Source of the DNA: Candidatus Latescibacterota bacterium
Lineage (GTDB): Bacteria > Latescibacterota > UBA2968 > UBA8231
Reading direction: 5' to 3'
Assembly: GCA_965215195.1 (NCBI GenBank)
Contig: CBDCDC010000002.1
Coordinates: 736,001 to 800,000 of the forward strand
DNA: 64,000 bases
Shown here: positions 17,584-27,631 of the stretch, piece after piece
Numbering within the stretch: the stretch's first letter is position 1
Layout of the letters: the number at the start of each line of letters is the position of its first letter
Notes under the pieces: generated by a model
Told to the model about the DNA's origin: nothing
The model's input: only the letters and a program-made list of their open reading frames with translations
Database searches by the model: none
Translations under genes and position numbers: made by a program

Positions 17584-20500
17584 TTACAGCCGGGCCAACA
17601 GCCGCGCTGCCGTGGCGTGGTTCGGCTCCACCGCCAACAACTGCTGCAAGGTCTGCCGCGCCGCGGCGAGGTGGCCCAGCCGCTGATGGGAAAGCGCCAT
17701 GCTCAAATAGGCTTTGGTGTGACGCGGCTGCAAGGCGATGGCCTGTGTAAAAGCAGTCACTGCGCCCTCGTTTTCTCCGGCCTTCTGCAAGGCCAACCCC
17801 AAATTGAAGTGGTGCGAGGCGTCGGCCCGGTCCAGCGCGACGGCCTTTTCATAGGCGTCGATCGCCTGCGGCAAGTCTCCCATCTGCAAATGGGCCGTGC
17901 CGAGGTTGTTGTACGCCGGGGCGTAGTCGAACTCGGCGAGGGCCTCGCGGAAGCGTTCCTCGGCCTTGGCGAACTCGCCCCGCTGCAAAAAGACCAACCC
18001 CTGTGCGTTGAGCGCTTCGACGTAGCGCGGCTTGCGGTCGATCGCCTGCTGGTAGTGGATATGCGCCTTGTCGAGCAAGCCCTGCCGCACGTAGAGTAAG
18101 CCGAGGTTCTTGTGCGCCTCATAGGCGCCGGCATCCAGCGCTAGCGCCCGCCGATATTCGCCGGCGGCCTTCTCCCAGTCGCCCTGCCGCGCATAGAAGA
18201 CGCCGAGGTTGTTGTGGGCACCGGCCAAGTCCGGGAACAACTCGACCATCTTCTCCCGCGCCTCGGCCTCGTCGGCCGTCCAGTAAAATTGGAAGAGCGA
18301 GAGCATCACCACTGGCACTGCGAAATAGGCCACTTGCCGGCCGGCCTCGCGCAAGTACGAGACCAAGCCGCTCGGCAATGCCGGCAAGCCAATGCGGTTG
18401 GACCCTTCCTCGGCATTGATCCCCAGATTGGCTTGGTTTTTGCGGTCGCGGATTTTCCAGATGAACCCGTCGAAGTAGTAGTGCAAAAGCGTCGAGGTGA
18501 TGACGAAAATCTCGACCATTTTGATTGCCTGCTCGGACTTGAGGAAGCCCTCCATCATGTTGATGCTGCCGTAGGCAAAGCAGACTAGCACATACGCGAC
18601 TAGGATTGGCAAGGTGCGCGTGGTGAAGAAGGTGCGCAGGAGCTTGGTGGTGCGCTCCTGCCTTTTGACGAGGTTGTTGTTGTAGATCCAGACGATGGCG
18701 AAGTACTGGATATCGTGAAAAACGGCAAAGGCCGCGTAGCCGATGACGAGGTCGTTGATGTGTATCCAGCCGTAGTAGATGATGAACACCGTCGTCGCCA
18801 TCACCGCGATTTTGGGCAGGCTTATCTTCTGACCGGTGACCGCCCGCTGGACGATATTGGCCAAGTAGGCCGCCAGCACGACCATCGTACAATAGAACAG
18901 CACCTTTTTGAGCAGGAACGTCAATTCGGCCGACAGGAAGGGTACGCCGACCCGCTGGTTGTGGTCGAGGATGCGGTGGAAGTATTCCGGGCTATAGATG
19001 ACCACCGTTACAAAGGCGCACAAGGTCAACAGCCAGTCGAGTCGAGAATTGAGCTTGGAGAAGATCTTGTTTTTGGCATCGTAAATCCGCATGATGCCGT
19101 AGTGCTGCATGAAGAGGTGCCAGATCTCCCACACTAGGACCACCAAGAACAGCCCGTGCAGGGTGTTGAACTGGGCCAGTGCCGTCACCACCAGCACGAC
19201 AATTGGCGCGACGATGAACTTCTCCTTAAAGGTGCTGAATAGCTCTGGGTCGCCGTAAGCGCGCATAAAGCCGGGCAGGTGATGCCCGGTGGCAAACAGC
19301 GCCAGCGCGTAGAAGGCGATGGTCTGCGAGTCGAACGCGGCCCGCAATGGCAGCATGGTCACCAAGCACAAAAGCGGCGTACCAATAAAAAAGAATAGGT
19401 CGCCAAAGGGCGAGATGATCCACTTCTGATCGAGGGTGCGTACTACTTGGCCCTGCCCGGCGTCGGCCCCCGCGTCAATGCGGCACACGTACACACCAGG
19501 CACCACCCGAACACCCCACGCATCCAATCCGCCCCAACTAAACGACTGCAACACGCCCGCACCCGACGAAGCAAGCACCGCCACTTCGCGACCCGCTACG
19601 TCGAAAATGCGTACGCTCGGCGTAGCGTCCACCGCCTTGAACAGCGCAAAGCGGATCTGCACGTGATCGTTGATGCCGTCGCCGTTGGGCGAAAACACCG
19701 GCGGCACAAGCTGCAAATCCCCGATCAGCCGCGCGCTGCCGGGCAGGTCGGGCAGAAACACCAAGTTGGCTTGCCGCTCGGCCGCCTCCACCGACTGCCA
19801 CAGCCCCGGACGCGCTTCTTGCCCCAAGTCCGCAGCAAAGACCGTGGCGTTGCGCAGCACCTTAGTGGTAAAGGCCACCGCCAGCGAATCCGTCCGCACC
19901 GTCTCCGGCAAATCGACAAAAAGCAGCGAATCTCCGGCCACGCGCACCCCGCTCGCCTCGCGTGCCACGCCCCCAATCCACAGCCGCACATCGGCGGCAT
20001 CTACCGCACTGGGCGTGGAAAAGCGCAGCCGGTCAAAGCCCGAGTCGCCTTCGGCCGCATGCGTCTGCAGCGCATACGTGAACTGCATGGCCGCGTTGGG
20101 TACGGCATGGCGCGGCGCAATCTGACCGGCCGCCTGCGACACCAACGCATCTTCAAAATCCAGCGCTAGGGCGTGCAACACCGGCGCGACGGCTGGATCC
20201 TCAGTAGAGAGAATCAGTTCCAATTGGATGAAGCGGCGCGGCGTCTCGGACTTAAACGCCTCGCCGGAAAACTGGTAGAAGTTGCTCCACGCGCCCCAAT
20301 CGGGGCCGACCGCGACTGTGGTGTCAATGGGGCCGCGGATGACCTTGGGCAAGCTGTTGTAGCGCGTCTCGGTGACTTGCTCGCCCTTTTTGTCGTAGAA
20401 CGCGTATAGCTCTTGCAGGGTGTTGCCCGTGCGCGAGCGCACTTGCAACCGCGTCTGGTCGGGCGTGGTCGCCTCCCAGCGCAAGTGCTTGATGGCCTTG

Positions 20501-21768
20501 GGGCGGCCGTCGCCGGCGAGCTGACCGAGGTCGATAAAATCCGAGCGCAACACCACCTGCGCGGGATAGCCCGGCGAGAACAACATCAACTCCATGGGGT
20601 GGGAAAACCAGCCGCTATCGGTCAGCGAATGCCAGAACAAGTAGCGGATCTTGCGCGGAGCAAATACGTAGCGGTGGTGACGCAAGGCCCACTCCGCGCT
20701 GGTGACCGGCCTTGGCTCAAAAATCAGCGGCGTGTAGTCGATATCCCCGGCAATGGTGCGCCGCCCATCGGAAAAGAGAATTTGGTAGCCAGTACCGGCC
20801 TGTAACCCCTCGAACAGGAAACTCGACTGGCCCTCGCCGCGATGCTGCCAGTAGATAAATGCCTCGTCGAGCCAGAACAGCGCACCCAGATCAACAGCCC
20901 ACCACACCCCGCTCTCGCGCCAGCCGCCTTTGGTCTGGACGGTAAATATATTGCCGTACGTGTCGGTGATGCCGTCGAACATATTTTGTGGCTCGCGCGC
21001 CAACAGCCCGTTGTCAAAGCTGCCTCCGCGCGCCAAGACCCCAAGGCTTATGTTGTCGCCGGCGGCCGTCACCTCCACTTCGGCCAAGGCCGCGTCCACG
21101 CTCTTTTCGTCGGCGCGTACGCGCACAAAGCGCACCATGCGGAAGGTGTTCAGCGAGTCCGGCTCCAGCCCGAGGTTTTCGTCGATGACCCGCGTTACGT
21201 CGCGCTCGCCAATTAGCTCTATATCGACGATCTGCTCTTGGTTGGGCTGGGTCGTCTGAAAGGCTTGGTCGAACTTGAAGACATCGTCCGTGGCCTGAAT
21301 GCGCGCACCATTGGCCGTGAAAACGCTGAATTGCCGCCAGGGACGCGCCCCGGCGCGGTCGGGAAACACCAAGCGGATGCGCTCGGCTAGCACGGGCCGC
21401 CCCAAGTCAATGGTCACCACCCAATCGACTAGATCGTCGGACGGGCTAGGCCGCCAGATCGTCTCCAGATTCCCGTCCATGACGCGCCGGGCCGCCGTCG
21501 GATTGGAGCCGGCCTGCCAGATCCCTCCGGTGACCTTGCCACGGGTCCGGGTGGGCTGGGTGAAGAGGTGGGCATCGAGAGTCGCGTTGATCTGCTTGCG
21601 GAATTTCCTCAGTTCCAGCGAGCCGTCGTCGGCAAACTGGACGATATCCACCGGAACCTCCCACGTCGCCCACTCGGCCGGGGTGTCGAAGCGGACTTCC
21701 TCCGCTCGGCTCGGACCGCAGATGAACAGGCCCATCAGCAAACAGCAAACCCCGCGTTTTCTCCGCAT
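17584..21768 (-). CDS. In-frame fusion: secreted discoidin/FlgD-Ig family protein (21768-19435) joined to a polytopic membrane protein with C-terminal TPRs (19434-17584)
   Basis: N-part is paralogous to 21770-24196 but lacks the terminal VAY-stop; runs into LDQKWIISPFGDLFFF, TM helices with His motifs (GHHLP, WHLFMQHYG, FHDIQY, LHYYFDGFIW), then TPRs. Confidence 0.75.
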   Translation of the reverse strand: MRRKRGVCCLLMGLFICGPSRAEEVRFDTPAEWATWEVPVDIVQFADDGSLELRKFRKQINATLDAHLFTQPTRTRGKVTGGIWQAGSNPTAARRVMDGNLETIWRPSPSDDLVDWVVTIDLGRPVLAERIRLVFPDRAGARPWRQFSVFTANGARIQATDDVFKFDQAFQTTQPNQEQIVDIELIGERDVTRVIDENLGLEPDSLNTFRMVRFVRVRADEKSVDAALAEVEVTAAGDNISLGVLARGGSFDNGLLAREPQNMFDGITDTYGNIFTVQTKGGWRESGVWWAVDLGALFWLDEAFIYWQHRGEGQSSFLFEGLQAGTGYQILFSDGRRTIAGDIDYTPLIFEPRPVTSAEWALRHHRYVFAPRKIRYLFWHSLTDSGWFSHPMELMLFSPGYPAQVVLRSDFIDLGQLAGDGRPKAIKHLRWEATTPDQTRLQVRSRTGNTLQELYAFYDKKGEQVTETRYNSLPKVIRGPIDTTVAVGPDWGAWSNFYQFSGEAFKSETPRRFIQLELILSTEDPAVAPVLHALALDFEDALVSQAAGQIAPRHAVPNAAMQFTYALQTHAAEGDSGFDRLRFSTPSAVDAADVRLWIGGVAREASGVRVAGDSLLFVDLPETVRTDSLAVAFTTKVLRNATVFAADLGQEARPGLWQSVEAAERQANLVFLPDLPGSARLIGDLQLVPPVFSPNGDGINDHVQIRFALFKAVDATPSVRIFDVAGREVAVLASSGAGVLQSFSWGGLDAWGVRVVPGVYVCRIDAGADAGQGQVVRTLDQKWIISPFGDLFFFIGTPLLCLVTMLPLRAAFDSQTIAFYALALFATGHHLPGFMRAYGDPELFSTFKEKFIVAPIVVLVVTALAQFNTLHGLFLVVLVWEIWHLFMQHYGIMRIYDAKNKIFSKLNSRLDWLLTLCAFVTVVIYSPEYFHRILDHNQRVGVPFLSAELTFLLKKVLFYCTMVVLAAYLANIVQRAVTGQKISLPKIAVMATTVFIIYYGWIHINDLVIGYAAFAVFHDIQYFAIVWIYNNNLVKRQERTTKLLRTFFTTRTLPILVAYVLVCFAYGSINMMEGFLKSEQAIKMVEIFVITSTLLHYYFDGFIWKIRDRKNQANLGINAEEGSNRIGLPALPSGLVSYLREAGRQVAYFAVPVVMLSLFQFYWTADEAEAREKMVELFPDLAGAHNNLGVFYARQGDWEKAAGEYRRALALDAGAYEAHKNLGLLYVRQGLLDKAHIHYQQAIDRKPRYVEALNAQGLVFLQRGEFAKAEERFREALAEFDYAPAYNNLGTAHLQMGDLPQAIDAYEKAVALDRADASHHFNLGLALQKAGENEGAVTAFTQAIALQPRHTKAYLSMALSHQRLGHLAAARQTLQQLLAVEPNHATAARLLARL

Positions 21769-21769
21769 A

Positions 21770-24196
21770 TTAGTAGGCCACCTCGACGACGCGCAGTTCA
21801 ATGGCGTCGCCCGAGTCGGCGTTTGCGTCTATGCGCCAGAGATAGATGCCCGGGGGCACAATCGCACCGGCCGCATCTTGGCCATTCCACCTAAAGCGGC
21901 GGGTCGGTCCCTCTGAGACCGGCGTCAATTGGGCCACTGGCCGGCCGACCAAGTCGCGCACCTCAACCATGGGCACCGCACCTTGGGCCTTGAATACCAC
22001 GAAGCTCAGTTCCACAGCGTCGTTGACGCCATCGCCATTGGGCGTGAGCACCCGGCTCGAAAGCTGCAAGCTGCCAATCAAGCGATCGCTGTCGGCCAGT
22101 TCGGGCAGCAGCACCACATTGGAGCGGCGCGCGGCCGGCTCGACGTCCTGCCACAGACCGGGCGCGTCGCTCAGGCCCAAATCGGCTTCTACGACCGCGG
22201 CATTCCGCACTAGCTGAGTGGTGAAGGCAACCTGCACGGAGTCGCCTTGGACCACCTGCGGCAAGTCGATCAGCAGCGAATCCGCTGCAATGTTTAGGGC
22301 GGCCGGTGCAACCACCTGACCGGCGACCATCACCTCAATCTCATCGGCCCGCACCAAGTCGGGCACGACCAAGCGCAGGCGATCAAAGCCCGTGTTCTGC
22401 GGGATCGCGGACGGCCATAGCATATAGGTGAAACGGGTGGCCTCGTTGGGCTTGGCTTGGCGCGGCAGAATCGACCCGTGCGCCTCGTTGACCAGCGCAT
22501 CGACGAACTCCAGCTCGACCGAGCGCACTGTAGGAGCCACCTCTGGGTCTTCCGTGCTCATAACCAACTCTAGCTGCACGAACTTGCGCGGCGAGTCCGA
22601 CTTAAACGGCTCGCCCGACAGCTTGTACAGATTGCTCCACGCGCTCCAATCCTCCCCGACGACGACCGAGGTATCCACGCGGCCGCGCAGCACCTTGGGC
22701 GAGCTTTTCCACTTCTCTTCGGTTACGACCTCGCCAATTTTGTTGTGAAAGGTGTACACCTCGCCCATCTCATTGCCCGAGCGAGAGCGCAGCTCGATCT
22801 GGGTATTGGGCGGCAGATCGGCGTCGTAGTGGAGGGCCTTGATCACCTTGGGCTGCCCGTCGCCAGCGAGCGCGCTTAGGTCTAAAAAATGCGATTGAAT
22901 GACGACTTCGGCCGGGTGGCCCGGGGAAAACATCTGTAGCTCCATGGGATGGGCGCGCCAGCCCAAGTCGTGCAGGGCCAGCCAGAAGATGTGCCGCACC
23001 TTGCGCGGGTTAAACAAATACCGGTAGTGCCGCTTGTATTGCTCGCGGGGATTGGTCCACTCCGGCTCAAAAATCCACGTGTCAAAGTCAATGTCGCCGG
23101 TCAGGGTCTTGGTGCCGTCGGAAGAGAAAAAGGTGTACCCCGTGCCGGCGTTGTTGGTGCCCAAGCGGAAGTCGGCGAGGCGCTCGCCGGCCTTTTGCCA
23201 ATAGACGAACGCGTCGTCAATCCAATAAGTCGCCCCCAGATCCACCTGCCACCACAAGCCCCCTTCAAAGGCCGTGCCGCGCGACTCGGTAAACTGCTGA
23301 TGCACCTCAATGACCCCGTACGTATTGAGGTTGCCGTCGAGCCAGAAGAAGGGGTCGGTCGCCCGCGAGCCATTGATGTACGTGCCGCCCTTTTCCTCGA
23401 CCCCAAGGCTGATGTTGTCGCCGACGGCAATGACCTCAATTTCGGCGAGCGCGCCGTCGAGCTGATGCTCATCCACGAGGAAGCGGATGAACTGGATCAT
23501 CTGCCACTTGGAGTTAGCGGCCACCCGCGAATCCGCTTGGCCGGTCGCCGTTGCGGTGTTGGCCTTGAATCTGAATAAGTCCACGGTAAAATCGTCGCGA
23601 CCGCTGACATTGCTTAGTTGTTCGACCGCACGGGTGGTATCCTCCACGGCCGGCTTGAAGCCAAAACTGACATACGCATCCAAATTGGGCTTGGTCGTGC
23701 GATAGACCGGCGCGAAGCGAAATACGTCCTCCAAGGCCGCTACGTGGGCACCCGTAGAGGCGAAAACGCTGAACTGGCGAAAGGGCTTGGCCCCTTCCTG
23801 ATCGGGAAAGTGAATGCGGATCTCTTTGGCCAATACCGCGCGGCCCAAGTCGATTTGCACGATCCACTTGTCGAGCGGGTCGCCGCTAGCTGGCTGCCAA
23901 AAGGTGGTGGCATCCCCGTCGATGATCCGGGGGGCATCGTTTGGATTACTCAGCGCAGACCAAACGCCGCCGGCCACATCCCCGCGCTCTTTTGTCGGGT
24001 GAATGAAGAGGTGGGCGTCGAGCGCGGCGTTGATGTCCTTGCGGAACTTGACTAGCCCCAAGTGCCCCTGCGGGGTGAAGACGTTTAACTGCGGCTTGAG
24101 CGACCAGTTGGCCTCCCAAGTCGCTGGGCTGTCGAAGGTGAGGAATTCGGCGTAAGCCCCACAAGGCAGGAGCAGGGCCAGAGCAAGTTTGTGCAT
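21770..24196 (-). CDS. Secreted protein with two discoidin/F5/8-like modules and a FlgD-Ig/CHU_C-like tail ending EVAY
   Basis: Signal MHKLALALLLPCGAYA; IIDGD..W..IDLG, WWQVDLG; RSRSG..WSAWS; LTPNGDGVND; WNGQD..VPPGIY. Confidence 0.85.
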   Translation of the reverse strand: MHKLALALLLPCGAYAEFLTFDSPATWEANWSLKPQLNVFTPQGHLGLVKFRKDINAALDAHLFIHPTKERGDVAGGVWSALSNPNDAPRIIDGDATTFWQPASGDPLDKWIVQIDLGRAVLAKEIRIHFPDQEGAKPFRQFSVFASTGAHVAALEDVFRFAPVYRTTKPNLDAYVSFGFKPAVEDTTRAVEQLSNVSGRDDFTVDLFRFKANTATATGQADSRVAANSKWQMIQFIRFLVDEHQLDGALAEIEVIAVGDNISLGVEEKGGTYINGSRATDPFFWLDGNLNTYGVIEVHQQFTESRGTAFEGGLWWQVDLGATYWIDDAFVYWQKAGERLADFRLGTNNAGTGYTFFSSDGTKTLTGDIDFDTWIFEPEWTNPREQYKRHYRYLFNPRKVRHIFWLALHDLGWRAHPMELQMFSPGHPAEVVIQSHFLDLSALAGDGQPKVIKALHYDADLPPNTQIELRSRSGNEMGEVYTFHNKIGEVVTEEKWKSSPKVLRGRVDTSVVVGEDWSAWSNLYKLSGEPFKSDSPRKFVQLELVMSTEDPEVAPTVRSVELEFVDALVNEAHGSILPRQAKPNEATRFTYMLWPSAIPQNTGFDRLRLVVPDLVRADEIEVMVAGQVVAPAALNIAADSLLIDLPQVVQGDSVQVAFTTQLVRNAAVVEADLGLSDAPGLWQDVEPAARRSNVVLLPELADSDRLIGSLQLSSRVLTPNGDGVNDAVELSFVVFKAQGAVPMVEVRDLVGRPVAQLTPVSEGPTRRFRWNGQDAAGAIVPPGIYLWRIDANADSGDAIELRVVEVAY

Positions 24197-24283
24197 AGTG
24201 TGGTCTCGCTGGTAAGGGGAGCGATGTTCGCGCAAGAGAGAGATAGAATATAGTGAATACTGGAATAGGAATAAATAAGCGGC

Positions 24284-27200
24284 CTAGCGCAGGAGCACCA
24301 TGCGCCGCGTCTGGGTCTGCGGGAGGCCGCCGGCCAGCGGGCGCACCCGCAAGCGGTACACATATACCCCCGACGCCACCGGACGACCCGACCCATCCTG
24401 ACCGTCCCACACCACCGCGTGCTGCCCTCCCGACTGGGCTTCACCCACCAGTTGAATGACCCGTTGACCCAGCATGTCGTAAATGACCAACTCAACCGCC
24501 GCCGCTTGTGGTACGTCGTAGCGGATCCGCGTAGTGGGATTGAAGGGGTTGGGCGCGTTGGGATGCAGGACGAAGCGCTCCGGGGGGGGCGGAGCGAAAG
24601 CATCCTCGACCGAGGTGGGGAGACCGACCCACTCAACCGCTACAACCGAGAGCTTGGGCACGCCGTCGCGGTCGGCAAGGAAGGCGATACGCGTACCGTC
24701 GGGAGACCACGCCGGGGCCGCCGGCCAAGCCGGCCACGGCAGGCGGGTAATATGAAGGCCAGCGTAGGCATCCACGAGGTGGATATTCGTCCGGTAGCTG
24801 CGGTCGGAGACAAAGGCGATATAGCGGCCATCGGGAGACCACGCCGGGAGCCGGTCGTCGCTGGGATGCCGCGTCAAGTTGATGAGCGTACCGCCATCGG
24901 CGTCCATGCAGTAGATTTCCCCATTGCCGTCGCGACGAGATCGGAAGGCGAGGCGGCTACCGTCGGGAGACCACGCGGGTGAACCGTCGTAATGTCCGTG
25001 TTGGGTCAGGTTGGTAAGGCTGCCGCCCTTAGCTTTGACCACATAAATATCCCACGCACTGTATCGGTAGGCTTGGAAGGCAAGCCGGGTGCCGTCAGGA
25101 GACCACGCCGGAGAATCATTCCACGCGGGACGCTGTGTCAGATTGGCACGGTGGTCGCCGTCGGCGTTTATCACGTACAATCCCCGATTGCCGTCGTGCT
25201 CAGAAATGAAGGCGAGGCGGCCGCCATCGGGAGACCACGCCGGCGACGAGTCTTGGGCCGGATGTTGGGTTACGTTGAAGAGGTGATCGCCATTCACATC
25301 AACCGTGTAAATCTCTTCGTTGCCAGCGCGAGCAGAGACAAAGGCGAGGCGGCCACCGTCAGGAGACCACGCCGGCGACGAGTCTTGGGCCGGATGTTGG
25401 GTTACGTTGAAGAGGTGATCGCCATTCACATCAACCGTGTAAATCTCTTCGTTGCCAGCGCGAGCAGAGACAAAGGCGAGGCGGCCACCGTCGGGAGACC
25501 ATGAGAAAAGCGAGTCTTTACCGAGGTCAGGTGTAAGGCTGACGGGGATGCCCAAGACCAATTCGGTGTGGGGTGGCCCTCGGTCGGTGGTGCCTTGCAG
25601 CCGGAGCTTGTAGCGCGGCGTGTGCAGATCATTGGAGACGATGACGAGCGTCTCCGCAAAGGTGCCCAAGGCCGTAGGCGAGTAGAAAACCGCGACGGGA
25701 TGGCGGCCGCCCGGGGCCACTTTGAACGACCGCTCCGCAACGCCGAAGGGGGCCAACACCCGCACAGCCGACACCCGCAGCGTATCCGCGGCCGAAGCCG
25801 CATTGCTCACGGTAAAGGTCCACGCGCTCACCGAACCCACCCGCTGCGCACCAAAGTGGTAGGAGCCGCTGGCGTCGAGGCGCATCTCGGGCTGCTCGTC
25901 GAGGGCTTGGCCACGCAGGCTGATGGTCACTTGGGGGCGGTTGGGATCATTGGAACGAAGCGCCAACGGACGAAGGTGCCGCCCAGCCGCCAGCGGATGG
26001 TATAGTACGCGCACCGCTTGGCGGCCCCCCTGAGGCACCGTGAAGGCCATCGGCTCAGCCGTAAAAGGCAAGCCCGTAATGACCTCAACTCGCAGCGTAT
26101 CTCGCCCTGTGTTGCCCACCTCCAGCGTCCACGCCTCGCCTGCACGGGCGAACACTGTGCCGAAATCGTAGAAGGACGCGCTAGTCGACAAGGTCATTTT
26201 GGCCGCTGTGGGAACAGCCGTACCCCAGAGCCGGATCCTCGCTTCGGGCGCGTTAGAGCGGAGGACGAGCGTCTGAGCAGAGAAGCCCGGTTGGGTGGGG
26301 GCGTAGGTAACGACGAGCGGCTGGCGGCCGCCGGGGGCTAGATCAAAAGACTCCATGGAGACGCCGTAGGGCGGCGCGACCTCCACCGCCTCTACGCGCA
26401 GCGTATCAGCCGCCGAAGCCGGATTGTGTACAATGAGAGTCCACTCGGATACAGCCCCCACCCATTGATACCCGAATTTGTGCGGGACGCTGGTGTCGAG
26501 TGCCCCCCAAGTCGGTACGACGAATTCCGCTGCGTAGATGTTATCATCGCGCTCGGAGACGAAGGCAATACGAGTGCCGTCAGGAGACCAAACCGGCGAT
26601 GCGCCTCGTCCCAAGTCGGCAGGGTTTCTGCCGTCGGCATCCATGACGTAAATACGTCGGTACTCGCTGCGTAAGTGAAGGATACGGGTGCCGTCGGGAG
26701 ACCAAACCGGAGACCAATCGTTAGAGGGGCTGGGTGTCAGGTTGGTGAGATTGCCCCCGTCGGCATCCACGACGTAAATATCCCCGTTGCCAGCGCGATT
26801 GGCGGTAAAGGCGATACGGCGGCCGTCGGGAGACCAAACCGGAGACCAATCGTTAGAGGGGTTTGATGTCAGGTTGGTGAGATTGCCCCCGTCGGCATCC
26901 ACGACGTAAATCTCTCCGTTGCCAGCGCGCCGGGAGACGAAGGCGATACGGCGGCCGTCAGGAGACCAAACCGGAGACTCATCGGGACCCGGGTCGCGGG
27001 TCAAGTTGAGCAGATTTCCCCCATCGGCATCCACGACGTAAATCTCCCCATTGCCGTCGCGCCAAGACTCGAAGGCAATGCGAGTGCCGTCAGGAGACCA
27101 CGCCGGACCCCCATCGCGCGCAAAGTGGCGGGTCAGGTTGGCGGGAACCCCCCCGTCGGCACCCACGACGTAAATCTCCCCCTTGCCGTCGCGCCAAGAC

Positions 27201-27517
27201 TCGAAGGCGATACGGCGGCCGTCAGGAGACCAAACCGGAGACCAGTCAATAGAACGGCGTTGCGTCAAGTTGATAGGGAGCCCGCCATTGGCATCAACAA
27301 CATAGACATCATAATTGTCATCGCGCTGGGAGACGAAGGCGATACGGGTGCCGTCAGGAGACCAAATTAGAGACTCACTCCCAGTGAGGTTCTGCGTCAG
27401 CTTGGTGGGGAATTGCAAATACGGATCGAGGTGAGCCAAGAGAACCAGCGTGGACCGCTTCCCGTAACAGGGCGCAATAGTCAGAGTCAGCAGAGCACAG
27501 CAGTAAATGAGAGCCAT
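24284..27517 (-). CDS. TolB-like PD40-repeat protein (two propellers) with three Ig-like (choice-of-anchor D/ASH-like) domains and FlgD-Ig/T9SS-like tail
   Basis: About 14 WSPDGxRIAF repeats in two blocks; three FG..V..W....N...DTLRV Ig units; NAPNPFNP..WDGQD..VASGVY..MVLLR. Confidence 0.88.
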   Translation of the reverse strand: MALIYCCALLTLTIAPCYGKRSTLVLLAHLDPYLQFPTKLTQNLTGSESLIWSPDGTRIAFVSQRDDNYDVYVVDANGGLPINLTQRRSIDWSPVWSPDGRRIAFESWRDGKGEIYVVGADGGVPANLTRHFARDGGPAWSPDGTRIAFESWRDGNGEIYVVDADGGNLLNLTRDPGPDESPVWSPDGRRIAFVSRRAGNGEIYVVDADGGNLTNLTSNPSNDWSPVWSPDGRRIAFTANRAGNGDIYVVDADGGNLTNLTPSPSNDWSPVWSPDGTRILHLRSEYRRIYVMDADGRNPADLGRGASPVWSPDGTRIAFVSERDDNIYAAEFVVPTWGALDTSVPHKFGYQWVGAVSEWTLIVHNPASAADTLRVEAVEVAPPYGVSMESFDLAPGGRQPLVVTYAPTQPGFSAQTLVLRSNAPEARIRLWGTAVPTAAKMTLSTSASFYDFGTVFARAGEAWTLEVGNTGRDTLRVEVITGLPFTAEPMAFTVPQGGRQAVRVLYHPLAAGRHLRPLALRSNDPNRPQVTISLRGQALDEQPEMRLDASGSYHFGAQRVGSVSAWTFTVSNAASAADTLRVSAVRVLAPFGVAERSFKVAPGGRHPVAVFYSPTALGTFAETLVIVSNDLHTPRYKLRLQGTTDRGPPHTELVLGIPVSLTPDLGKDSLFSWSPDGGRLAFVSARAGNEEIYTVDVNGDHLFNVTQHPAQDSSPAWSPDGGRLAFVSARAGNEEIYTVDVNGDHLFNVTQHPAQDSSPAWSPDGGRLAFISEHDGNRGLYVINADGDHRANLTQRPAWNDSPAWSPDGTRLAFQAYRYSAWDIYVVKAKGGSLTNLTQHGHYDGSPAWSPDGSRLAFRSRRDGNGEIYCMDADGGTLINLTRHPSDDRLPAWSPDGRYIAFVSDRSYRTNIHLVDAYAGLHITRLPWPAWPAAPAWSPDGTRIAFLADRDGVPKLSVVAVEWVGLPTSVEDAFAPPPPERFVLHPNAPNPFNPTTRIRYDVPQAAAVELVIYDMLGQRVIQLVGEAQSGGQHAVVWDGQDGSGRPVASGVYVYRLRVRPLAGGLPQTQTRRMVLLR
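25230..25492 (-). repeat. Exact 131-bp intragenic duplication (period 132 bp = one 44-aa PD40 repeat)
   Basis: 25230-25360 identical to 25362-25492. Confidence 0.92.
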
Positions 27518-27631
27518 AGAACACTCCCTGAACGCCCTAGTAGGCTCGCCTTTCTGCTCTATCTCACTAGCTCAATCTTCTTGGTCAAAGTTTGCTCTTC
27601 TACGATAATATCGGAGCTTTCGACCAAATCA

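Noticed and set aside
24239-27565. GAGATAGA/TCTATCTC as terminal repeats of the TolB-repeat gene
   Set aside because: Only 8 bp, low complexity, no target duplication seen
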